NCBI GenBank assembly: GCA_947460365.1
Contig: CANHJH010000001.1
Span: 1-43,619, forward strand
Length of the DNA: 43,619 nucleotides
Reading direction: 5' to 3'
DNA from: Sphingobacteriia bacterium
Lineage (GTDB): Bacteria > Bacteroidota > Bacteroidia > Chitinophagales > Chitinophagaceae
The translations under genes were made by a program, and so were the position numbers. Positions 36,587 to 43,619 of the stretch are shown here, in pieces (the first letter of the stretch is position 1; each line of letters begins with the position of its first letter). The notes beneath the pieces were generated by a model. That model was given only the letters and a program-made list of their open reading frames with translations, was not told the origin of the DNA and searched no databases.

Positions 36587-38398
36587 ATGAGTAACGAAGC
36601 CGTATTACACGCATCAGTAGGAGCACATCATGAAGCACATGGCGATGAACATCACGAGCATCATCATGACACGTTCATCACCAAATATGTATTCAGTCAG
36701 GATCATAAAATGATTGCTAAACAATTCCTGATTACCGGAATGGTTTGGGCTGTACTTGGTGGTTTAATGAGTGTCCTTTTTCGCTTACAATTAGGATATC
36801 CGGAATCAACCTTCCCTTGGTTGCAAGATATTTTGGGCAAATGGGCTGAAGGTGGTAAAATTACCCCTGCAGCATATTATGCTTTGGTTACAACTCACGG
36901 TACCGTATTGGTATTCTTTGTATTAACAGCTGGATTGAGTGGTACATTTGCTAATTTCTTGATTCCTCTTCAAATTGGAGCAAGAGACATGGCCTCTCCA
37001 TTTATGAACATGTTGAGCTATTGGTTTTTCTTTGCTGCTAGTATTGTAATGCTTTCCTCTTTATTTGTAGAAACCGGTCCTTTTAGTGGCGGTTGGACAG
37101 CTTACCCTCCATTAAGTGCGTTGGGTGACGCTTCTCCGGGTTCTAAATCTGGTATGGATTTATGGATCATTTCTATGGCTTTGTTCGTTGTTTCTTCTTT
37201 ATTGGGCGGTTTAAATTATATCGCAACAATATTAAACATGCGTACAAAAGGGATGAGCATGACAAGATTGCCACTAACTATTTGGGCATTATTCTTCACG
37301 GCTGTACTAGGAGTGTTATCATTCCCTGTATTACTTTCAGGATTCATCTTATTAATATTCGATCGTAATTTTGGTACCAGCTTCTACTTATCTGATATCT
37401 TTATCAATGGGGTAGGTGCATTACCTAATGAAGGTGGTAGCGCAATATTATTCCAACACTTATTCTGGTTCTTAGGTCATCCGGAAGTGTACATTATACT
37501 TTTACCTGCCATGGGTATGGTTTCTGAAATCATGTCGGTAAATTCACGTAAGCCAATATTTGGTTACATGGCAATGGTTGGTTCATTGTTTGCAATCGCT
37601 ATCCTTGCATTCCTTGTATGGGCACATCATATGTTCGTAACAGGATTAAATCCATTATTGGGTTCTGTATTCGTACTACTTACCTTATTAATTGCTGTAC
37701 CATCTGCTATTAAGGTATTCAACTGGTTAACCACATTGTGGAGAGGAAATGTTCGTTTCACACCAGGTATGTTATTTGCGATTGGATTTGTAAGCTTATT
37801 TATTTCCGGAGGTTTAACCGGTATTTGGTTAGGTAACTCTGCTTTAGATATCCACTTACACGATACCTACTTTGTAATTGCCCACTTCCATATTGTAATG
37901 GGTGTTGCAAGTATGTTTGGCATGTTTGCAGGTATTTACCACTGGTTCCCTAAAATGTATGGTCGCTTTATGAATGATACTTTGGCTTACATTCACTTCT
38001 GGGTAACAATGGCTGGCGCTTACCTGATTTTCTGGCCTATGCACTACCAGGGTTTAGCAGGTATGCCACGTAGATATTATGATTTCAGCGTTTGGGAAAG
38101 CTTCAAACAATTCGGTGAATTAAATCAATTTATTAGCTTGGTTGCTATGATTGTATTTGCTGTACAATTATTATTCTTGTTTAATTTCTTCTACTCTATT
38201 TTTAAAGGCAGAAGAGTTGCTACATTAAATCCTTGGGGCGCTAATACTTTAGAGTGGACTACTCCAATTCGTCCGGGACATGGTAACTGGGTGGGTGAAA
38301 TACCTGAAGTTCACCGTTGGGCGTATGATTATGGTAAAGACGGAAAAGAGTTTATTTCTCAGGATACACCAGTAGGAGCTGACGAAAGTCATCATTAA
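36587..38398 (+). CDS. coxA: Cytochrome c oxidase subunit I, type A1
   Basis: GHPEVY, WAHHM, HDTYFVIAHFH, GMPRRY; D-channel GARDMA; K-channel AIKVFNW. Confidence 0.97.
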   Translation: MSNEAVLHASVGAHHEAHGDEHHEHHHDTFITKYVFSQDHKMIAKQFLITGMVWAVLGGLMSVLFRLQLGYPESTFPWLQDILGKWAEGGKITPAAYYALVTTHGTVLVFFVLTAGLSGTFANFLIPLQIGARDMASPFMNMLSYWFFFAASIVMLSSLFVETGPFSGGWTAYPPLSALGDASPGSKSGMDLWIISMALFVVSSLLGGLNYIATILNMRTKGMSMTRLPLTIWALFFTAVLGVLSFPVLLSGFILLIFDRNFGTSFYLSDIFINGVGALPNEGGSAILFQHLFWFLGHPEVYIILLPAMGMVSEIMSVNSRKPIFGYMAMVGSLFAIAILAFLVWAHHMFVTGLNPLLGSVFVLLTLLIAVPSAIKVFNWLTTLWRGNVRFTPGMLFAIGFVSLFISGGLTGIWLGNSALDIHLHDTYFVIAHFHIVMGVASMFGMFAGIYHWFPKMYGRFMNDTLAYIHFWVTMAGAYLIFWPMHYQGLAGMPRRYYDFSVWESFKQFGELNQFISLVAMIVFAVQLLFLFNFFYSIFKGRRVATLNPWGANTLEWTTPIRPGHGNWVGEIPEVHRWAYDYGKDGKEFISQDTPVGADESHH

Positions 38399-38444
38399 TT
38401 GAAAAACGCTGAATAATCTGTAAAGAAGTTCAGTACAAATATTT

Positions 38445-38476
38445 CAATGCTCCCGAATAACGGGAGCATTGTTTTT
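38445..38476 (+). terminator. Rho-independent terminator after coxA
   Basis: caatgctcccg-aataa-cgggagcattg-ttttt. Confidence 0.85.
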
Positions 38477-38492
38477 AAAAGCAGTTTAGCGA

Positions 38493-39458
38493 ATGTCGAA
38501 TCAATCAGAAAATACTACCAGTTCATCTCTTTCACTATATAATAAAGTGAAAGACTATTTTCTGTTGATTAAATTCACGTTAAGCTTTACCGTTGTTTTT
38601 TCTTGCGTAATCTGTTATTTACTCGCACCAAATGTGGTTGAATACCATTTAGGTACCATACTACTTTTGTTTTTAGCAGGAATGTTGGTTACCGGCAGCG
38701 CAAATGCCATTAATCAGGCAGTAGAAAAAGATACGGATGCATTAATGAAAAGAACAGCATCCCGACCGGTTGCTTCAGGTAGAATGACACAGGAGCATGC
38801 ACTTGGATTTGCCACCATCACCGGACTGCTCGGTATTTTTATGATGGGTTGGTTTTTCAAAGGTGATGACAATAGCTTTAACTGGAATGCAGCTTTATTA
38901 TCTGCCTTCAGTTTATTTCTATATGCTTTTGTTTATACGCCTTTAAAAAAGATCAATTCCATCTCTATCCTTATTGGAGGATTTCCTGGCGCACTGCCTT
39001 GTTTAATTGGCTGGGTGGCCGCTACCAATGTGCTGAATCCTTTTGGGACGATTTCGGTTAACGGAAAAGACTTCTCGAATGCAGGCGGTTGGATCTTATT
39101 TGGCATGCAATTTTTATGGCAATTTCCTCATTTCTGGGCCATTGCCTGGGTTGCCCATACCGATTACACCAAAGCCGGTTTTAAATTATTGCCCGCTGAT
39201 AAAGGCCCTACCAAATTTACCGCATTACAAACCATCATGTATTCCGTTCTGATGATACCAATGGGTATATTACCGTATTACTATAATTTAACAGGTAGTA
39301 TCAGCCTTTGGATTGTATTGGCCTGTAATTTATTTATGGTATTTCAGAGTGTCCGTTTGTATAGAGAGATGAATGTAAAGGCTGCCCGCAGAGTAATGTT
39401 CAGCAGCTATATTTATTTGCCAATTGTTCTACTGGCTTTATTGGCAGATAAAAATTGA
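38493..39458 (+). CDS. ctaB: Protoheme IX farnesyltransferase (heme O synthase)
   Basis: NQAVEKDTDALMKRTASRP, YTPLKK, WQFPHFWAIAW. Confidence 0.95.
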   Translation: MSNQSENTTSSSLSLYNKVKDYFLLIKFTLSFTVVFSCVICYLLAPNVVEYHLGTILLLFLAGMLVTGSANAINQAVEKDTDALMKRTASRPVASGRMTQEHALGFATITGLLGIFMMGWFFKGDDNSFNWNAALLSAFSLFLYAFVYTPLKKINSISILIGGFPGALPCLIGWVAATNVLNPFGTISVNGKDFSNAGGWILFGMQFLWQFPHFWAIAWVAHTDYTKAGFKLLPADKGPTKFTALQTIMYSVLMIPMGILPYYYNLTGSISLWIVLACNLFMVFQSVRLYREMNVKAARRVMFSSYIYLPIVLLALLADKN

Positions 39459-39490
39459 TTGATTAAAATTATTGTAAACGATTAAAATAA

Positions 39491-40072
39491 GTGAAAATGA
39501 CCAGCGCGATCGACAACAAACCACAGGCAATCCATCCACATAAGTTTACCCTCTGGGTAGCTATGGGAAGTATTGTAATGATGTTTGCAGGACTTACCAG
39601 TGCTTATATCGTTAAAAAAAATCAAAGCAATTGGTTAGAATTTAACTTGCCCATTATTTTTTGGTATTCAACCGGAATTATTTTGCTGAGCAGTTTAACC
39701 ATACAAATGGCAGCAAAATCGTTTAAAGCCCGTGAAATGGGTAGATATAGAACCTTAATTACCCTAACAGCAGTTTTAGGACTTGTGTTTTTGGCCATGC
39801 AGGTATGGGGTTTTATGGACCTGGAAAGTCGCGATATTGCATTAATCGGGAGTAAAAGTAATTCAGCGGCTTCTTTTTTATTGGTTATCACCGGATTACA
39901 CATGTTACATGTGTTGGGCGGAGTAATAGCCATTTTAATTATTTTTGCCCGCGCTTATACCAGTCGGGTTAAAAATTACAGCAGTTTGCCAATAGAAATG
40001 GCAGCTACTTACTGGCATTTTGTAGATGTACTTTGGATTTATTTATTCATATTTTATAATTGGATAGGTTAG
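39491..40072 (+). CDS. Cytochrome c oxidase subunit III (first homolog)
   Basis: MMFAGLTSAY, TGLHMLHVLGG, YWHFVDVLW. Confidence 0.92.
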   Translation: MKMTSAIDNKPQAIHPHKFTLWVAMGSIVMMFAGLTSAYIVKKNQSNWLEFNLPIIFWYSTGIILLSSLTIQMAAKSFKAREMGRYRTLITLTAVLGLVFLAMQVWGFMDLESRDIALIGSKSNSAASFLLVITGLHMLHVLGGVIAILIIFARAYTSRVKNYSSLPIEMAATYWHFVDVLWIYLFIFYNWIG

Positions 40073-40147
40073 TAAAGAAAAAGTTGCATTTTATGCACAT
40101 TTTTTCAGCTCTAGCCAATACTTTTGTAATCGAAATTTGAGACTAAC

Positions 40148-40828
40148 ATGGCAACAACAGCAACAGCAACCACCACCAAATTATGGGGTGGAGGTAAAAG
40201 CCCCTTTAACGTAGAATACGGTAAAGTAATGATGTGGTATTTTCTGATGAGTGACGCATTTACTTTTGGCGCTTTCCTAATTTCTTATGGTACTATTCGT
40301 TTTTCTACTAATGGATGGCCTGACCCAAATGAAGTGTTTAGAAGTTTTCCTTTCGCTCCGGAAGGTGTTCACGCTCCGTTGGTGTTTGTGAGTATCATGA
40401 CATTCATTTTGATCATCAGCTCTGTAACAATGGTATTAGCAGTTCAGGCTGGTCATAATATGGATAAAAAAAGGGTAGTTAATAACTTAATATGGACCAT
40501 TATTGGTGGCGCTGCATTCTTAGGCTGTCAGGCTTGGGAGTGGAATCACTTACATCATGAAGGTGCATGGTGGGGCAGCAATCCATTTCTTAATCATGAT
40601 GGAACTGCTTCTTCAACCAACTTTACCAATTACTTCTTTACCATTACAGGTTTCCATGGTTTCCATGTATTCTCTGGGGTAATCATTAATATTATCATGT
40701 TGATAATGACTTTGGCTGATAAGTTTGAACAAAGAGGCCACTACCTGATGATTGAAAAGGCAGGTTTATACTGGCACTTTGTAGATCTTGTTTGGGTATT
40801 CGTATTCACTTGTTTCTACCTTATTTAA
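40148..40828 (+). CDS. Cytochrome c oxidase subunit III (second homolog)
   Basis: MWYFLMSDAFTF, TGFHGFHVFSG, GLYWHFVDLVWVFVF. Confidence 0.92.
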   Translation: MATTATATTTKLWGGGKSPFNVEYGKVMMWYFLMSDAFTFGAFLISYGTIRFSTNGWPDPNEVFRSFPFAPEGVHAPLVFVSIMTFILIISSVTMVLAVQAGHNMDKKRVVNNLIWTIIGGAAFLGCQAWEWNHLHHEGAWWGSNPFLNHDGTASSTNFTNYFFTITGFHGFHVFSGVIINIIMLIMTLADKFEQRGHYLMIEKAGLYWHFVDLVWVFVFTCFYLI

Positions 40829-40862
40829 TCATTATCATTATTTAAAACTTTAAAAGAGATTT

Positions 40863-41309
40863 ATGGAACATACAACAGAACACCATGAACATGCAGGTGG
40901 TGGAACTAAGGAGATCATTAAGGTTACAGTTATATTAACTGTATTAACTATTGTTGAATTAATTCTTGGATTTTGGATGATTGATATTCCGTTAGATAGC
41001 CAATCATTAAGATTGGGTATCAAAGGAACTATTGTGATTTTAATGATGGCCAAAGCATTCTATATCGTTGCTTATTTCATGCACTTAAAGCATGAATTAA
41101 AGAACCTTATCATGACGATTGTGGTTCCATTAGCACTATTCATTTGGTTTATTACGGCGTTCTTGTATGATGGAAACTCATTCAGAAACTTGCGTAATAC
41201 CTATGACCCTCACTTTAAAGAGCAAAGCACGATCAAAGTTGAGAAAAAAGAACATGGTACTACTGAAAAGCATGAAGCTGCTCCGGTAAAAGAGCACGGA
41301 GGTCACTAA
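40863..41309 (+). CDS. Cytochrome c oxidase subunit IV family protein
   Basis: Three TMs; KAFYIVAYFMHLKHE. Confidence 0.88.
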   Translation: MEHTTEHHEHAGGGTKEIIKVTVILTVLTIVELILGFWMIDIPLDSQSLRLGIKGTIVILMMAKAFYIVAYFMHLKHELKNLIMTIVVPLALFIWFITAFLYDGNSFRNLRNTYDPHFKEQSTIKVEKKEHGTTEKHEAAPVKEHGGH

Positions 41310-41342
41310 TCAACTATTTTCTTGAATATATGTTATGATATT

Positions 41343-41371
41343 AACCATCGCTTAATGGCGATGGTTTTTTT
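41343..41371 (+). terminator. Rho-independent terminator after subunit IV
   Basis: aaccatcgc-ttaatg-gcgatggtt-ttttt. Confidence 0.82.
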
Positions 41372-41391
41372 ATAGGTTTACAATCATTTGT

Positions 41392-42204
41392 ATGAATAAA
41401 AAATCAATCATAGGATTAGCAATTGCAGTTGGGATTCCACTATTTTGTTATCTATGGCTTAAAACTGCTAGTGAACATGCGGTAGACATACCTCGTAAAT
41501 ATTTATTAGATACCGTTATTACCAAAACCGTTAAAGGCAAGCTGGTAAATGATAGTATATGGCATAAAACGGCTAATATACAGCTGGTGAATCAGTTGGG
41601 TGATACTGTTCATTTATTTGATCAATCGAGCCGCATTATAGTTGCTGATTTCTTTTTTACCAGTTGCAGAAGTATATGCCCACGCTTAACCAGCAACATG
41701 GTAAAACTGCAGCAATCCTTTAAAAAAGGCGGCAATGTGCGCAATAGAATAGATACTTCTATTGTACAATTTATTTCTTTTACTGTAGATCCTGAAAATG
41801 ATTCAGTAGAAGTATTAAAGAACTATGCAGATCGCTTTGGGGTTGATCACGACAACTGGTGGTTGCTTACAGGAAATAAAATGAGTATTTATGATTTTGC
41901 ATTTGAAGAACTCAAAGTAGATAAGTTTACAGATGAACCAGTAAGTCCTGATTTTGTGCATACCAACCGTTTTGTGTTAATAGATAAGGATCGAGTAGTT
42001 AGGGGGTATTACAATGGACTAGATTCAACCAGTATGATTAAACTATCGAAAGATATTGGCTTGTTGATGTTAGAAAAAGATCCTAAAAAGAAAGGAGGAA
42101 TTTTTAGGCAAATTCTAGATTTAAGCTGGTTATGGTTAATCATCATTTCTGCCATTATTTTCTTCATGGTTTATATGAAAGGCAGAAGAAAAATCAACGG
42201 ATAA
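41392..42204 (+). CDS. SCO1/SenC family copper chaperone
   Basis: FFFTSCRSICP (CxxxC), TVDPENDS, H in FVHTNRFVLID; N- and C-terminal TMs. Confidence 0.93.
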   Translation: MNKKSIIGLAIAVGIPLFCYLWLKTASEHAVDIPRKYLLDTVITKTVKGKLVNDSIWHKTANIQLVNQLGDTVHLFDQSSRIIVADFFFTSCRSICPRLTSNMVKLQQSFKKGGNVRNRIDTSIVQFISFTVDPENDSVEVLKNYADRFGVDHDNWWLLTGNKMSIYDFAFEELKVDKFTDEPVSPDFVHTNRFVLIDKDRVVRGYYNGLDSTSMIKLSKDIGLLMLEKDPKKKGGIFRQILDLSWLWLIIISAIIFFMVYMKGRRKING

Positions 42205-42295
42205 AAATTAAAAAAGTCAAAAATCGATATATATATTTAATCATTCATAATCGACTGATCATCGATGGGTCGAATATTTTTTAAACACAATACAT

Positions 42296-42880
42296 ATGTT
42301 ACCTGCAAGTTTTCAAAAGAACGATAAAAAAGCCAATTGGCTTATAGGGATTTTTTCTGTGGTTGTTTTTACAGTAGTGGTATTATTAGGAAAAATACAA
42401 CTTGAATTAAATTTGGGATTCGACGTACACATTTTTGCAGCTGCAAATGCCGTAATCAATACAATCATTGCAGTATTGTTGGTAGCAGCTTTACTGGCTG
42501 TTAAAAAGGGACATTTCTTGTTACATAAGAAAATAATGATGGGCGCATTAGTACTTTCTATATTGTTTTTAGTATCATATATAGCTCATCACCTATTAGC
42601 AGGAGAAGCAAAGTTTGGAGATACTGATCATAATGGTATAATAAGTGAAGTAGAAAAAGCCGCCGTAGGTTCACTTCGCTACGTTTATTATATCATCTTA
42701 ATTACCCACATATTTTTAGCAGCATTGATATTGCCTTTTATACTATTTACTGCATATAGAGCATTAACAGCCGAATATGAAGAACATAAAAAGCTTGCTA
42801 AAATTACCTGGCCATTGTGGTTGTATGTAGCAGTTACTGGACCAATTGTTTATTGGTTTATTTGCCCATATTATCAATAA
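42296..42880 (+). CDS. DUF420 (CtaM-like) membrane protein
   Basis: HKKIM, LFLVSY, ILITHIFLA, HKKLAKITWPLWLYVAVTG. Confidence 0.88.
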   Translation: MLPASFQKNDKKANWLIGIFSVVVFTVVVLLGKIQLELNLGFDVHIFAAANAVINTIIAVLLVAALLAVKKGHFLLHKKIMMGALVLSILFLVSYIAHHLLAGEAKFGDTDHNGIISEVEKAAVGSLRYVYYIILITHIFLAALILPFILFTAYRALTAEYEEHKKLAKITWPLWLYVAVTGPIVYWFICPYYQ

Positions 42881-42923
42881 AGCTAACTTTCAACATTGTT
42901 TTAGTTAAAACAAATTAAAGTAA

Positions 42924-42965
42924 AAGAATAGGCATTCGGGAAATCGCACCTGATTGCCTATTCTT
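42924..42965. terminator. Hairpin between convergent DUF420 and ssb
   Basis: aagaataggca...tgcctattctt, 11-bp arms with further inner pairing. Confidence 0.7.
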
Positions 42966-42994
42966 ATTTATATACGTAGATACTAAATGTACTG

Positions 42995-43333
42995 TTAGGC
43001 TTTTTTAGACAACATCATTAATTCATTGGCTTGAATTTCTGTAATATACCTTTTCACACCTTGTTTGTCGGTGTAGTTTCGGTTAACCAATTTGCCTTCA
43101 ATAATTACTTCACTGCCTTTAAGCATGTATTTCTCCGCAATATCTGCCAGCTTGCCCCATGCAACAATATTGTGCCATTGCGTATCGGTAACTTTTTCAC
43201 CCTCTCCATTCGTGTAAACCTCATTGGTTGCTAAGTTTAAGTGGGCCACTTTTTTTTCGTCGCCAAATGTTTTTACATCAGGGTCTTGACCAAGGTGTCC
43301 AATGAGCTGTACTTTGTTTTTTAGTCCGTTCAT
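42995..43333 (-). CDS. ssb: Single-stranded DNA-binding protein, short form without acidic tail
   Basis: NKVQLIGHLGQDP, TQWHNIVAWGKLA, KGSEVIIEGKL, RYITEI; ends at 112 aa. Confidence 0.93.
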   Translation of the reverse strand: MNGLKNKVQLIGHLGQDPDVKTFGDEKKVAHLNLATNEVYTNGEGEKVTDTQWHNIVAWGKLADIAEKYMLKGSEVIIEGKLVNRNYTDKQGVKRYITEIQANELMMLSKKA

Positions 43334-43619
43334 GTTTGTATAAATTTATTGTAACGAATAACGACAGTAAACACTGCCTTTGTTTGACCCTACAAATTTG
43401 TACAACTATTTTATAATGGATGTAGTATTAAACGCATACATACGTTTGTAAACGTTTAGATTTGCTTTTGCACCTAAACAATATCAAATCATCTGACCAT
43501 AGACCGACTAGTTATCAATAAAATCATGGTCATAATTCAATTTCAAATAAGCTAACTGTTGCATTGCTGTAATGGTTGGGCAGACCATCAGTATCTTTTA
43601 ATTTATAAAGTCCTAAAAA

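Noticed and set aside
3060-43234. Numerous short antisense or alternate-frame ORFs in the track (e.g. 3060..3311, 5763..6131, 14656..15027, 34531..34842, 39622..39933)
   Set aside because: They overlap well-supported genes and show no motifs; treated as shadow ORFs

Overview
AT-rich bacterial DNA from a Bacteroidota organism. The phylum is inferred from a T9SS C-terminal domain, a GLPGLI protein, TAnnTTTG promoters and the ACIII-aa3 gene order; Chitinophagaceae-like is a weaker guess. (1) About 1-12.9 kb is a decaying accessory region: the 3' end of alkB, a HExxH peptidase, a four-gene secreted/T9SS fibre-like operon, a Tat metallophosphoesterase, a PQQ/heme-c dehydrogenase, an AAA_14/DUF4143 ATPase, a TPR protein and at least four pseudogene relics. 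A 135-bp ungapped direct repeat (5378-5512 / 12770-12904, about 85% identical) partitions it, with a probable eroded third copy near 1.44-1.64 kb. (2) 13-20.4 kb holds an OmpR-type two-component system plus GLPGLI, outer-membrane barrel and carboxypeptidase-domain genes whose promoters share a TTAAC-N5-TTAAC motif. (3) 20.5-26.6 kb holds a Bor-like lipoprotein, an integrase-less ~1-kb two-gene islet bounded by a 26-bp duplication of the tRNA-Arg(CCT) 3' end, housekeeping genes including purN, and a heptamer tandem repeat. (4) 26.8-42.9 kb is a complete alternative complex III (actABCDEF) plus A1-type cytochrome c oxidase cluster, followed by a tail-less ssb. The best candidates for something undescribed are the tRNA islet gene pair, the repeat-delimited modules and the fibre-like operon. 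All calls come from reading motifs by eye; no searches were run.
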